Shown: positions 34,940 to 44,975, numbered from the stretch's first letter. The stretch is 64,000 bases of DNA from Patescibacteria group bacterium (GCA_040384485.1 JAZKJH010000002.1:231951-295950), one strand, 5' to 3'. The notes: generated by a model not told the origin, from the sequence alone. Numbers and translations are program-made.

Positions 34940-35050
34940 TTACGCTCTCTTTTTTGCTGCGAGTTTTACTCTTTTTGCTGCAAGACGTTTTTTAGTCTTT
35001 TTAGAACGTGATGTTTTATTTTTTGTATTTGTTGCTGCTCTTTTTGCCAT
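34940..35050 (-). CDS. 36-aa highly basic ORF (MAKRAATNTKNKTSRSKKTKKRLAAKRVKLAAKKRA), ribosomal-protein-like in composition
   Basis: Below the ORF-track cutoff. It starts with ATG and stops with TAA TAA immediately before the terminator. No Shine-Dalgarno sequence is evident. Confidence 0.25.
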   Translation of the reverse strand: MAKRAATNTKNKTSRSKKTKKRLAAKRVKLAAKKRA

Positions 35051-35089
35051 AATATTTTAAGTATATACGAATTTAATAAAAAAAGATAC

Positions 35090-35512
35090 CTACATTGATA
35101 GAATAAAAGCAGTTACCATAAGTACTAGGAGTTGAAAACCTCCAGAGATAGCTATCTGCTTAAACCAAAACTTTCTTTTTGTGTTTGCCCAGATCACTCC
35201 CCCTATTTGTGTAGGTAAAATAAATCCCAGCCATATCCACCCTGCAACCCCATAGGCATGGAAACCTACATTGGCCATTTGTAGGTAGTAAATAAACATT
35301 GCCAAGACGAAAGTCGAAAGAAGGGTAATAAAAAACTGGATTGCGTAATACGGACCCATAGTTGCTTGAGCTTTTTTAAGCTCCTCTAACGGAACGTCGT
35401 CGCACTCCATGATTGTTGCCCATGCTTTACCAAAAACAAACGAATACCACACCGCTCCTAATATAAACTGCACAACAGTAGCTATTGCTACTAACATATA
35501 ATTTATTTCCAT
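35090..35512 (-). CDS. DUF1761-like small membrane protein
   Basis: Four hydrophobic helices with aromatic-rich motifs. Confidence 0.55.
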   Translation of the reverse strand: MEINYMLVAIATVVQFILGAVWYSFVFGKAWATIMECDDVPLEELKKAQATMGPYYAIQFFITLLSTFVLAMFIYYLQMANVGFHAYGVAGWIWLGFILPTQIGGVIWANTKRKFWFKQIAISGGFQLLVLMVTAFILSM

Positions 35513-35519
35513 AAAACAA

Positions 35520-36017
35520 TTATAACACTTCTTGAATATATTTAGGAACCATATCTAAAGCCAGATATTTTTCTTTTAGTTTTTTTGGAAGTTTTTTGAA
35601 CTGACCCACAATTCCCCTACAACTTGAACTACCGCATTTACACTTCATTGTCCAAGAGTCGTCAGAAGCTATAATGGTAGAATAATCGAAAACTATTTCC
35701 TCCCCCTTTTTAACCTCAGAGACAGTAACAGCAAAAAGTTTATCCCCTATTTTTACAATCCTTGTATTTGGTTCACACGAGTGGTTCATATAGTTAGAAG
35801 GATAACCTTCAGGACTTATATACAGTTCATCATCATAGCGAATAGTGTTGGCTCTGGTTGTTTCATCAATATCCTCATCTTCATAACAAGTAACAAGCTT
35901 CCCTCTTATCTGAAAAATTCTTGTTCCTAACTTGAATCCCTTGGTCGCAAAAAGCCCATTTCCGTTTTTAGCTTTTTTAACTTCCACCCCTTTTCGTACC
36001 TTAATTTTCATTATCAT
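35520..36017 (-). CDS. SET-domain protein (putative protein-lysine methyltransferase) with a post-SET Cys cluster
   Basis: NHSCEPN, GEEIVFDY and CKCGSSSCRG motifs. Confidence 0.8.
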   Translation of the reverse strand: MIMKIKVRKGVEVKKAKNGNGLFATKGFKLGTRIFQIRGKLVTCYEDEDIDETTRANTIRYDDELYISPEGYPSNYMNHSCEPNTRIVKIGDKLFAVTVSEVKKGEEIVFDYSTIIASDDSWTMKCKCGSSSCRGIVGQFKKLPKKLKEKYLALDMVPKYIQEVL

Positions 36018-36023
36018 TCTTTT

Positions 36024-37061
36024 TTAACTTGCCAAGTACTTCTCGGAACCTTTTAGAACCTTGAATTCAATCATTTTTATTTCAGTGTCCAGATTAACTT
36101 TATCTCCATAGTATTGAGTTAGGTCATACACCACACTCTCTAGGTTATCGTAGTTGTGACTACCTAGATCTTCTTGAGACAAATCGCTTATCTTTTTTAT
36201 TGTTACGTTTTGTATAACTCCACGTTCAAACTCTTTACCTGTATTCTTGTTGACTAACGAAAGAATGTCTCCGGTCTGTAAGTCTTTGTCATCAAAAGGC
36301 CTCCATGTATTTGTCTTTTTACCCATCGTAACTGGAGTTACAAGATGAGGTGCAAATTTTATAGTTTTTGCCTCTTTTATTGCTGTATGAAATTTACCGG
36401 TAGTGAAATAAATTTTTAGAAAATGTAGGTGAACATACATTACAGATATTCCGAATAAAACAGAAAGCCAGCCCATGTTAGGAATAAAGAAAAATTCAAT
36501 GAATTGGTTTATCAAAAATTCACTAAATATGTATAAAAATATGAAAAATAACAGAGGAGGAGCGACGATTAAAAAATCTTGTCTGTTTTTAGACCAAGAT
36601 AATTTACTAGATATAAAAAGCACCACACTTTTATAAAATCTGTGCAACCTTACTAGTAACCACCAGCTGACGAAAATTAATAAAACAAATGAAATTATCC
36701 CTGCTAAAAATCCCGAAGCCATATCTCTAACCCTGTAAAAATGAAAAAGGAAGCTCTGAGCAACAGGACTTGTTTCGAAAAACACAACGAATACTGCTAA
36801 CGCCAAAACCGTCAAACTACCGCAAAGTTTAAGGTAACCCAAAACCTGACTATGCTTAGCTTTTAACCAGTCTGCAAAAAGAAGACAGGCCACAAACAGA
36901 ACCGCCGAAACCACAAAATGAATCATGATTCCTTGATTATTGTTTAGTAAGTCGGGAAAAAGTGTAATAAACACCAAAAACACCAAAAAATAACAACTAC
37001 TCATTAACAAAACTATTTCCTCTACCGTTATCCTTACATGCCTAATTATATTTTTTAACAT
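36024..37061 (-). CDS. hypothetical polytopic membrane protein with a C-terminal soluble domain
   Basis: Multiple TM helices. ORF of 345 aa. Confidence 0.55.
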   Translation of the reverse strand: MLKNIIRHVRITVEEIVLLMSSCYFLVFLVFITLFPDLLNNNQGIMIHFVVSAVLFVACLLFADWLKAKHSQVLGYLKLCGSLTVLALAVFVVFFETSPVAQSFLFHFYRVRDMASGFLAGIISFVLLIFVSWWLLVRLHRFYKSVVLFISSKLSWSKNRQDFLIVAPPLLFFIFLYIFSEFLINQFIEFFFIPNMGWLSVLFGISVMYVHLHFLKIYFTTGKFHTAIKEAKTIKFAPHLVTPVTMGKKTNTWRPFDDKDLQTGDILSLVNKNTGKEFERGVIQNVTIKKISDLSQEDLGSHNYDNLESVVYDLTQYYGDKVNLDTEIKMIEFKVLKGSEKYLAS

Positions 37062-37074
37062 TGAGTTAGAAAAC

Positions 37075-37980
37075 TTAGTTTCCTTCTGCAGCTTCCTTCA
37101 GCTTTGCAATATCAAACTTTTTCATTTTAAGAAAGGCCTCTGTAACTCTTTTTGTTTTTTCTGCATCGCCACTTTCCATCATTGCATTCATTTCTGTCGG
37201 AACTATTTGCCAAGACAAACCAAACTTGTCTTTCAGCCAACCACACTGCTCTGCTTCGGGTACTGCTGAAAGTTTTTCCCAATAATAGTCTATTTCTTCT
37301 TGAGTCTCACAGTTCACAATAAAAGAAACTGCTTCGTTAAACGCAAAGTTGTGTGGACCAGCTCCATCCATAGCAACAAACCATTGGTTCTCTAGAGTAA
37401 AATCTGAAAACATGATAGTTCCGTCTATATTCGGCTCCTGACCTGGACCATATTTCTGGACAGTGCCAATTTTTGCATTTTTAAATATAGACAAGTAAAA
37501 ATTCGTTGCATCTTCCGCTTTTCCACACACATCTCCCACAAACATAATGGTAGGAATAATGTTTGGTCTTGGCTCCCCGTTTGGATTTGTAAGTATTAGT
37601 TGCCATGATACCCCATACTTATCCTCCACATACCCAAATTTTTCACTGAAGGGGTACTTATCGAGAGGCATCATTATTTGTCCACCATCAATTAGTTTGT
37701 TCCACACACTTTCTAGAATTTCACTAGCGTTTGCATTTACCGATGGATCAAAATTGACCATAAAAGAAATAGACGGATTGAGCTTGAAGTATGGCCCAGC
37801 ACTAATAGACATAAAACCTAACCCCCACAAATTGAAAGACATTATATCGCAGTCACCAGAAGGAGTTCCTTTTATCACTTTACTACTGGTAATTTTTGAC
37901 TCAGGAAAAACAGACACGTAAAACTCTGCTGCTTCTTTTGCTTCTTTATCAAACCAAAGATGTGGGACTATTTTTTGCAT
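37075..37980 (-). CDS. PhnB/3-demethylubiquinone-9 3-methyltransferase-like (VOC superfamily) tandem-domain protein
   Basis: VPHLWFDKEAKEAAEFY at the N-terminus. A repeated VOC-like half is present. Confidence 0.65.
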   Translation of the reverse strand: MQKIVPHLWFDKEAKEAAEFYVSVFPESKITSSKVIKGTPSGDCDIMSFNLWGLGFMSISAGPYFKLNPSISFMVNFDPSVNANASEILESVWNKLIDGGQIMMPLDKYPFSEKFGYVEDKYGVSWQLILTNPNGEPRPNIIPTIMFVGDVCGKAEDATNFYLSIFKNAKIGTVQKYGPGQEPNIDGTIMFSDFTLENQWFVAMDGAGPHNFAFNEAVSFIVNCETQEEIDYYWEKLSAVPEAEQCGWLKDKFGLSWQIVPTEMNAMMESGDAEKTKRVTEAFLKMKKFDIAKLKEAAEGN

Positions 37981-38125
37981 AGATATAATTAAAGGTAATA
38001 ATCATACTGACAATTGTATCAAAATTTATTAAAAACAAATAACCTGGAACTCTCCTCATCACAAAAGCATAGTTGACTAATAACGTAAAGGTCAGTAAGG
38101 TTTATTTAGAAATACAGGAGGTTCT

Positions 38126-38572
38126 GTGTCAGATACAAAAACACTTGGCGAAGTGATACGCCACATGCTGGATGACTCTCACTCATTCACGAGGAAAGAG
38201 TGGGCGGTTGCCTTAGGTTGCACAACTCGAGAACTAAGAGATTGGGTTGCAAACAAGAAAATTCCCCCTGATCGCAAACTACGAGGAATAGTAGATATAC
38301 TTCGACATCGATTTGGCAGCCCATCTCCAACACTACAAGAATGGGATCGAATTTCGGGACTACCTATTTCAGATGTAGCACCCTCACTTACAGCATCCCC
38401 TGGGAAAAAAGGTGTCTTCTTTTTACCTTCCGTGCGTGTTTCAAACTTGGCTACCTATACCCTCTCACTGAGGTATTCTGGAATTCTACATAGGCTTACT
38501 TTACTTTCAGAGCCAGAACAAGAAAAAGTTTTGGACCTGCTTGTAGAAAAATTCATCCCCGAAGCAAGATAG
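38126..38572 (+). CDS. hypothetical protein with a probable helix-turn-helix DNA-binding domain
   Basis: GTG start with a CAGGAGGT ribosome-binding site. An HTH-like RKEWAVALGCTTRELRDWVANKK segment. G+C-richer than the surrounding window. Confidence 0.5.
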   Translation: MSDTKTLGEVIRHMLDDSHSFTRKEWAVALGCTTRELRDWVANKKIPPDRKLRGIVDILRHRFGSPSPTLQEWDRISGLPISDVAPSLTASPGKKGVFFLPSVRVSNLATYTLSLRYSGILHRLTLLSEPEQEKVLDLLVEKFIPEAR

Positions 38573-38599
38573 CGGGAAAACAAGGTAGACTAGAACCAA

Positions 38600-38626
38600 A
38601 GAACCAGCCATGCTGGTTCTTTTTTA
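38600..38626. terminator. rho-independent terminator
   Basis: AGAACCAGC-CATG-CTGGTTCT followed by TTTTT. Confidence 0.6.
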
Positions 38627-38627
38627 T

Positions 38628-39131
38628 TTATGGAACATACCGCTCTAAAATTTTTGTAATTTCGCCATTAGCTATGGTAACTGTATAAGGAATGTCTTTC
38701 CAGTACAAGCTTCTGTTGTTTATTAACTCTACGAATTCTATTGTTGGAATAGGAGTTTCTGTAACCTGACCAGTTTCTTCCATTTTCCAAGTTAACATTT
38801 TAACTTCTACATTTGGAGACACTGGCAATCTAGTCGTTACTATCGTTTTGTTATATATGTAAAACCCGTTTGGTGTACAGTATTCACGTTCTGTACAGTC
38901 TCCGGCTGCAATTGCAGCATCCGCAGCTCCTGTTTCCTCCGTTAGCCAAACCGCGTCATCAAAATCTATCGCAGTGCCGTTATCGGTGAATGTTCGAATG
39001 TAGCCAAAATACTCTCCATCTGGATACATTACAGTTTTTGATTGTTTCCCCTCGTATATGAATGCATTGACTACATAAAAGGCACTCAACAAAACCAGGA
39101 CAATACCTAAAACAATTACTGCCTTTTTCAT
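38628..39131 (-). CDS. hypothetical secreted protein
   Basis: Signal peptide (MKKAVIVLGIVLVLLSAFYVVNA). Confidence 0.5.
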   Translation of the reverse strand: MKKAVIVLGIVLVLLSAFYVVNAFIYEGKQSKTVMYPDGEYFGYIRTFTDNGTAIDFDDAVWLTEETGAADAAIAAGDCTEREYCTPNGFYIYNKTIVTTRLPVSPNVEVKMLTWKMEETGQVTETPIPTIEFVELINNRSLYWKDIPYTVTIANGEITKILERYVP

Positions 39132-39140
39132 GTGACGATT

Positions 39141-39593
39141 TTATTTTTCAGCTAATTCTTTTAAAATGACTAGTGCCTTGTTCCACATTTCAGTAAATGC
39201 ATCCTTGTATTCATCAGTAATGTCCAAATCAACTGAAACTTCTGTTCCACCATCCTTGTCTACAAAAGTGTAGTTCTCGTGTGCCCCTACCCATTTCTCT
39301 ATTTCTTCTCCAGTAGTCACGACTTCCCCATTTTTTATCATTCCCAAGTGTGCTATCGAAACAAACTCATGAAGTCTATTTTCAGCTATTTTACTGTACA
39401 TACCATCAGTAACTTTTCCGGTTTCATCTGGGCCAAAAAATTTGATTTCCGAACCTTGCTCCCAACTACCTTCATAAAAAGAACCTGGACAAAAAGGTGT
39501 CGTCCATATTCTATACGTCGCATCATCTAACATTGTATTCCAAACTTTCTCTCTAGGTGCATTTATAAAAATTGAAAAATGTAATTTTTGCAT
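39141..39593 (-). CDS. SRPBCC-superfamily (AHSA1/polyketide-cyclase-like) protein
   Basis: Begins with the family-typical INAPREKVWNTMLD. Confidence 0.6.
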   Translation of the reverse strand: MQKLHFSIFINAPREKVWNTMLDDATYRIWTTPFCPGSFYEGSWEQGSEIKFFGPDETGKVTDGMYSKIAENRLHEFVSIAHLGMIKNGEVVTTGEEIEKWVGAHENYTFVDKDGGTEVSVDLDITDEYKDAFTEMWNKALVILKELAEK

Positions 39594-39630
39594 TCTTATA
39601 TTCTAACAAAACAGCAAAATAATACTATAC

Positions 39631-40182
39631 CTATATTCTCTCAATCTTGTATTTAAATCTATAAGATGATTCTGGAATTTTCTCAGTACTTTTTGCTTCG
39701 GGGGTGACCTCTACTAGCGTTACCTGAAATTCACCAAATCTCTGAGGGACACCGAGCTTAAGAGTGTGCTCTCCATGCCCTGTCTTGCTTGATATGACAG
39801 TACGCACTTCAACTGTACCTGCCCAGATACACACCACATCAGTCGGACAACGACTGTCAGACACTAGTTGTTTTGCAGTCACTGAAATATTTAGTGCGGT
39901 CATTGTCCCACCCATATAGGTCAGTACTTCTGCTGAAGTGGCACTTTCTAGCGGGCAGGCGGAAAACTCGCAGTTAGGGCCAGTGCGGCCAACCAGAGAC
40001 CCATCCCAGCAGACTTTTCCGTCCCCATTACATTCGTATACCTCTGGTTCTCCCTTGGTATTTTCTGAGTCAGATTTAAATATGACAGTCTGTGACCTTT
40101 CACTATATGGATAATTCATAACAGCAAAAGTCAGCCCGACCAACAATACTACCCCGAGAGCTACAATAATTTTTTTATTCAT
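39631..40182 (-). CDS. hypothetical secreted Cys-containing protein
   Basis: Signal peptide. Several Cys pairs. Confidence 0.5.
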   Translation of the reverse strand: MNKKIIVALGVVLLVGLTFAVMNYPYSERSQTVIFKSDSENTKGEPEVYECNGDGKVCWDGSLVGRTGPNCEFSACPLESATSAEVLTYMGGTMTALNISVTAKQLVSDSRCPTDVVCIWAGTVEVRTVISSKTGHGEHTLKLGVPQRFGEFQVTLVEVTPEAKSTEKIPESSYRFKYKIERI

Positions 40183-40226
40183 ATTGTTCTAGACGTATTA
40201 GGTTTAAAAATATTTCATTTGCTAAT

Positions 40227-40685
40227 TTATGAAAATAAGCCGCTCAAATGTTCAACGAGTTCATTTATGGATGAAAATTGTGAAATTTTGTATCTTTCAC
40301 AAACTATATCTACGTTGCCCTTTCTCCAAAAACCTTCTGGGCAGACCACTAGTAGTTTTCCACTTGTTGCATATAAACCGAGCTCAAGTAATGAAATAGG
40401 AGACTTTGTGTTCGGATCAAAATACATAACTATATAGTCACTAGCATCTAATGCATCCAGCTCCCAATCCACCTGCTCTTTAAAGTTCTTATTATCTATT
40501 TTTTGTTCCCAACTGCTTTCCCAGTGCTCTCTGCGGGGATTCAGAAACACAACTTGCTCCTTTTCCAACAAACTGACTACCCGATGCTGCCAATCTTCCG
40601 CTGTATTCATCTCTATACTACCTGCAAGAAAAATCTTCTTGTCTTTTGTATCAGGAATTATATTTGGTGCTTTTATTTCAATCAT
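40227..40685 (-). CDS. nucleoside 2-deoxyribosyltransferase-like (flavodoxin-like fold) protein
   Basis: KIFLAGSI at the N-terminus and ISLLELG in the family-typical position. Confidence 0.5.
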   Translation of the reverse strand: MIEIKAPNIIPDTKDKKIFLAGSIEMNTAEDWQHRVVSLLEKEQVVFLNPRREHWESSWEQKIDNKNFKEQVDWELDALDASDYIVMYFDPNTKSPISLLELGLYATSGKLLVVCPEGFWRKGNVDIVCERYKISQFSSINELVEHLSGLFS

Positions 40686-40723
40686 ATTTATATTATATCA
40701 AACAAGCGCCACCTTGCGATCAG

Positions 40724-41443
40724 CTACCTCCACAAAAGATTAAAAATTTGTATGTAAAACCCGGCAAAACTTTTGTCATCTACAATAACCACTTCCTTCT
40801 TTTTATGAAAAATTAGTTTAACCAAACTACCACAGACCTCAACCGACATGCCTGGCGAAAATACACTTGGCGATATTCTTTTGTTTTCAAAACCATATTT
40901 TTTGTCATTCTCTCGAAAACTCTGGTCGTAAGAATCAGAGGGGGTTATACCTTTTAATTTAAACCCAAGTTTATAAAGATCAGCACAATGTTCCACATAA
41001 GCCTCACTCACCTTCTCCTTTTTGCCAACCCCTGCATAGAACGCATAAATTTGTTTATCTTTTGACGAATGAATACCGTACGCAAGGCCCTGAACCAAAG
41101 CTCCGTCTCCCTTGAATACCAACACATCTGTGGCAGGTCTTGTGAGTGTGGGGAGCAAAGACAAAAATTCTCCCATATTTTTATTTATTTTGGATTGATA
41201 TTCATTTATAAACTCGTTAGGATCTTTAGCTATATAAATTTTATTTTTAGTATGGGGAATAACCAAAGCTAGCCCTTTTTTGCGTAAATCTTCCATAATC
41301 AAATAAACTGTTGGGCGTTTTACACCCGATTCTTTGGCTACTTCGTATGAAGTACCTTGCCCGATTTTATATAAGGCCAAATAAACTTTCGCCTCCTTTT
41401 CACTTAGTCCTAACGATGCAAGAGTTTTAAGTATTTTATCCAT
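40724..41443 (-). CDS. TrmB-family transcriptional regulator
   Basis: N-terminal winged helix-turn-helix: LGLSEKEAKVYLALYKIGQGTSYEVAKESGVKRPTVYLIMEDLRKKGL. Confidence 0.75.
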   Translation of the reverse strand: MDKILKTLASLGLSEKEAKVYLALYKIGQGTSYEVAKESGVKRPTVYLIMEDLRKKGLALVIPHTKNKIYIAKDPNEFINEYQSKINKNMGEFLSLLPTLTRPATDVLVFKGDGALVQGLAYGIHSSKDKQIYAFYAGVGKKEKVSEAYVEHCADLYKLGFKLKGITPSDSYDQSFRENDKKYGFENKRISPSVFSPGMSVEVCGSLVKLIFHKKKEVVIVDDKSFAGFYIQIFNLLWR

Positions 41444-41605
41444 ATGTATAAATGTATATCACACACAAAAATAGTCAATAAAACTGACTACTTTTATTAA
41501 TTTTGTAATACACCTCTATATCAAGGTATTTTGTGATAGCAATAAAAACAACCACCCCTTTGTCTTGTTGTGTGCTTTTATTAATACAGAAAAGGAAAAT
41601 GTTCT

Positions 41606-42298
41606 ATGACAAATGATGACATTCCAAAAAGGCTCAGCTTGAGCTTCAACGCAACAAACCTAAACGACCTTCTGGATCCTGAAGTGGGAGCCACTGTTGT
41701 TCCAATATGTAGAGGTAGGCGAACTATCTTACAAAAAGCTCGTTCACTTACAAAAGATGTAGATTTTCGTCCGGTAATGAGTCAAACTCCTACGGGTGTG
41801 GCTCAAAACTTTCAAACTTTCAGTGGTTTTGAAAATGGAGATTACTGGACCAGGCTCGCATGCTACATCTCAAACAAGCTTGGTGATGAGTTCGAAAAAC
41901 ATAACTCTGGTTCACTGTTTTTCAACTCACGTCTCTTTTTCACTGACTTGTCTTTACAAAAGTATGGTCAAAGTAAAAAGAGTGATGAGTTTGGTATCTC
42001 ACCACATAGAGACCAGAGTGCTTTTGTAAACCTAGTTGTGATCCTTCTCATCTCAGGACCATCTTCTTTCTTTATCTGCCAAGACAAACAAGGCAATGAA
42101 AGACGTGAGATCCTGGCAAAGCCAGGGGACCTGATATTGATGCGTGGTGGAGATTTCAGGTGCAACCTAACGAGGCCTTACCATTTTGTTGGAAAGGTCA
42201 AAGACCCAAATGGGCGAGTAAGTTTTAGTATGAGACAGGTAACCGATAATCCAGAAGAGGCGCTGAAACTTCGTCGCACTTCCTGGGTTTTCGGATAA
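41606..42298 (+). CDS. 2OG-Fe(II) oxygenase-superfamily protein, AlkB-like
   Basis: HRD (HxD), a later His, and a C-terminal RVSFSMRQV that resembles the AlkB RxSxTxR motif. The assignment is tentative. Confidence 0.45.
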   Translation: MTNDDIPKRLSLSFNATNLNDLLDPEVGATVVPICRGRRTILQKARSLTKDVDFRPVMSQTPTGVAQNFQTFSGFENGDYWTRLACYISNKLGDEFEKHNSGSLFFNSRLFFTDLSLQKYGQSKKSDEFGISPHRDQSAFVNLVVILLISGPSSFFICQDKQGNERREILAKPGDLILMRGGDFRCNLTRPYHFVGKVKDPNGRVSFSMRQVTDNPEEALKLRRTSWVFG

Positions 42299-42358
42299 AC
42301 AGCTGTGGAGTATACTGGTAGTTCCAGTATACTCCACTTAACTAAGAGCAGGATTCCC

Positions 42359-42841
42359 ATGTCACAAAATCATACAATATTCATAGCGTTAGGTTCAAAC
42401 ACAGGTGACAAGCTTGCTTCAATTCAACTTGCCCTGCGGTTCCTCTCAGAAAAGGTATTAATCACAAAAAACGCTTGTGTTTATAGAACAAAACCTTGGG
42501 GATACACAGACCAGGACTTTTTTCTAAACACAGCTCTTGTAGGAACAACTGAGTTGAGTCCAGAAGAACTCCTTCACTTTATAAAAGAAGTTGAAGTAAG
42601 AGTCGGAAGACAAAAACGCTTTACCAACGGTCCGAGGGAAATTGATATAGACATACTGTTCTATGAAGATTTGATTCTCGAAGGTCCGGACCTACAAATC
42701 CCCCATCCGCGTCTTCATGAACGGGACTTTGTCTTGAAACCTCTTTTGGATATTAAACCAAACTTTGTACATCCCAAACTACAAGTGTCACTGCTGGCTT
42801 TGTATAAAAAAATCAAACCAGAAGACATCCATGTACTCTAG
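42359..42841 (+). CDS. folK: 2-amino-4-hydroxy-6-hydroxymethyldihydropteridine pyrophosphokinase (HPPK)
   Basis: IALGSNTGD, YRTKPWG, GPREIDIDIL and PHPRLHERDFVL motifs. The start was chosen at MSQNHTIF by comparison with known HPPK N-termini. Confidence 0.85.
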   Translation: MSQNHTIFIALGSNTGDKLASIQLALRFLSEKVLITKNACVYRTKPWGYTDQDFFLNTALVGTTELSPEELLHFIKEVEVRVGRQKRFTNGPREIDIDILFYEDLILEGPDLQIPHPRLHERDFVLKPLLDIKPNFVHPKLQVSLLALYKKIKPEDIHVL

Positions 42842-42864
42842 GATAAAATCTAATTAGAAAACTT

Positions 42865-42900
42865 AACCAGCGAGTAGCAACACTCTGCTGGTTTTATTTT
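42865..42900. terminator. rho-independent terminator
   Basis: AACCAGC-(loop)-GCTGGTT followed by TTATTTT. Confidence 0.55.
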
Positions 42901-43606
42901 ATATTTTTGGTTTTAAATATAAATCGTAACCAGAACTTGCTTCATCAACTTCCCAATTTTTCAAATATTTTTTAAACATCATTCTAAATAATCTTGAACG
43001 CGCAATCGCTCCACCGGACTCCCTAAAATCTCTGCCCACCTCAAAAGATTTACCTGTAATTTTCTTATAATAATCAAAAAGTTTTATCCCTGAATATACT
43101 TTTAACAACTGCTCTCTGTTTAATTTGTTTCTTTTACTTTCCAATATTGCCTGTGCGCATGCTTCTACTTCTTCAGCTGTATATTTTACGTCCGCAGGAG
43201 AAGCATCTATTATTTTTACTTCTCCACCAACATCCGCTTGAACTGAATCGAAAAAAGCAGAAATTGACTGAAATACTTCCATTCTTCCATTATCATCCAA
43301 GTTTGTCGTTGCATAACCATAGTCCTGAGTTTTAAAAACCAAAACCCATGTTGTACTTTTAGGGTTCCCATATTCCTGGTAAAGCTTGAAGGTGTATTTG
43401 TATCCACCGATATCACGCAACAAAGCATATTTATCTGCACCCTCAGTAATTGAGCCTAACTTAAATTTTACTATCGTATCTTCTATAAAATCCGGTTCAT
43501 GCTCCACGGAAAAACTCCCTTCTACTTCTACTATAGGAAAACTCTCTGGGACAGTCTCCATGCCTTTTTCAGTCTGTGCTATATCAATTGTTTTAAATTC
43601 CTCCAT
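42899..43606 (-). CDS. hypothetical protein
   Basis: The start was set at the ATG at 43606, which lies 6 nt downstream of a TGGTATAAT box. Confidence 0.5.
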   Translation of the reverse strand: MEEFKTIDIAQTEKGMETVPESFPIVEVEGSFSVEHEPDFIEDTIVKFKLGSITEGADKYALLRDIGGYKYTFKLYQEYGNPKSTTWVLVFKTQDYGYATTNLDDNGRMEVFQSISAFFDSVQADVGGEVKIIDASPADVKYTAEEVEACAQAILESKRNKLNREQLLKVYSGIKLFDYYKKITGKSFEVGRDFRESGGAIARSRLFRMMFKKYLKNWEVDEASSGYDLYLKPKI

Positions 43607-43621
43607 GTAATAATTATACCA
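43607..43621 (-). promoter_or_regulatory. extended -10 promoter TGGTATAAT, 6 nt before the ATG (leaderless-type start)
   Basis: Reverse complement of plus 43613..43621 is TGGTATAAT, followed by TATTAC and then ATG. Confidence 0.45.
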
Positions 43622-43690
43622 AATTAAATATTGGTGAGTTAGCATCTCTTTTTACATAAAAAATAAGTGGTCACCCTTCCGGATAACCAC

Positions 43691-44251
43691 TTAGTCTATT
43701 CTCTGCTCACGCATTTCTTTGAGCTTTTTCTTTTCTTCTTCCCATGAATAGTTCGGATTGAAAAACTGAACTATCTTGTCCCCATGCGAAAGTACAACTT
43801 TTTGTGCCCCCTCACTTGCATAGTCGAGCATTTTGAATTGTTTATTGTCGAAGCAGAAATTGTCTGCCTCATCAAAACAGTGAGGATCGGCCCACACGGC
43901 TTTGCTGGTGATATCTACTAGTTGACACCAGACGTCCAAGGTCTTCATGTTGCAAGCATTTCCCAGTTTTTGGATATTAAACAACCCAAACAAAGAGAAA
44001 TATGTCGGTTGCAAAAAAGTATGTCGAGTTCTCTGGTAAAACCGATACTCTGACCAGTTGGCGATAATACCACTGAACAAGAATCCCCAGTATTCGTGCA
44101 TCTCGATAGAAATAGAACGAAACTTCCCTCGAAACAAATTTCTGAAAAAAACTTTGCTAACACGAGCAATCTCCAGTACGGGTAGCTTCAAAACTATTCC
44201 TATTACTGGAATGATCAAAACTATCCGAGTAGTTCCCCATACAAGTCTCAT
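43691..44251 (-). CDS. hypothetical membrane protein
   Basis: N-terminal TM segment. ORF of 186 aa. Confidence 0.5.
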   Translation of the reverse strand: MRLVWGTTRIVLIIPVIGIVLKLPVLEIARVSKVFFRNLFRGKFRSISIEMHEYWGFLFSGIIANWSEYRFYQRTRHTFLQPTYFSLFGLFNIQKLGNACNMKTLDVWCQLVDITSKAVWADPHCFDEADNFCFDNKQFKMLDYASEGAQKVVLSHGDKIVQFFNPNYSWEEEKKKLKEMREQRID

Positions 44252-44342
44252 ACTTCCTCCTTTCTGGGAAATTTATACCATAAAAAATTGTTAATGCATA
44301 GTATATGTAGTATTTCTAATTCCGATTGATGTTTTTAATTAT

Positions 44343-44379
44343 AAAAAAAAGGTCATGTGGTGCAGAGCACCACATGACC
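44343..44379 (-). terminator. rho-independent terminator of 44386..44889
   Basis: GGTCATGTGGTGC-AGA-GCACCACATGACC preceded by AAAAAAAA. Confidence 0.65.
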
Positions 44380-44385
44380 AACGGA

Positions 44386-44889
44386 TTAACGCTGTTCGTA
44401 CCAACCAGGTCCTTTACCTGTCGGACCACCAATATATGGAATATTGACAGACACGACACTCGGCACAGAGCTGATGGCACCTGTCTTGTCCGGAAGATAA
44501 ATCTCGCGGAACCCTTGGTCGCCCGATTTGTTCCAAGTAGGCCGTGGGTCGGCTGACGTTCCGACCGGAGCCTTGATCCATGCACCCACCGGGATTGATC
44601 CCCAGAGGATGAATGTTTGACCATTGATCATGGTCGGTGGATCAACATACCCCCATTTGTGATCATCGAACTGACTGATGCAAGTCAACCGAACAATGCC
44701 TTTGGTTGCATCGACCACTTGATTCACGATAGCCACACGCTCAAGTCCTGCGCCAGGTTGCCAGAGGACAATCTGCCCGAGTTTCGGCGGCGTTGAAGGT
44801 AAAAGTCCCTGTGTCGTGGTTTTGGCGGGCACCAAAAGAAACAAAAATGCAACGGCGACCAGAACTGACCGGAAAAACTTACTTATCAT
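44386..44889 (-). CDS. hypothetical secreted protein
   Basis: Signal peptide (MISKFFRSVLVAVAFLFLLVPA). AAAGGAG ribosome-binding site 8 nt upstream. G+C-richer than the surrounding window. Confidence 0.55.
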   Translation of the reverse strand: MISKFFRSVLVAVAFLFLLVPAKTTTQGLLPSTPPKLGQIVLWQPGAGLERVAIVNQVVDATKGIVRLTCISQFDDHKWGYVDPPTMINGQTFILWGSIPVGAWIKAPVGTSADPRPTWNKSGDQGFREIYLPDKTGAISSVPSVVSVNIPYIGGPTGKGPGWYEQR

Positions 44890-44975
44890 AGACAAGGCTC
44901 CTTTGATTAAATCCAAATACACAATAACATTAAATATATAAATGTCAAACAAGTAGATATCTTATACCTTTAGAA

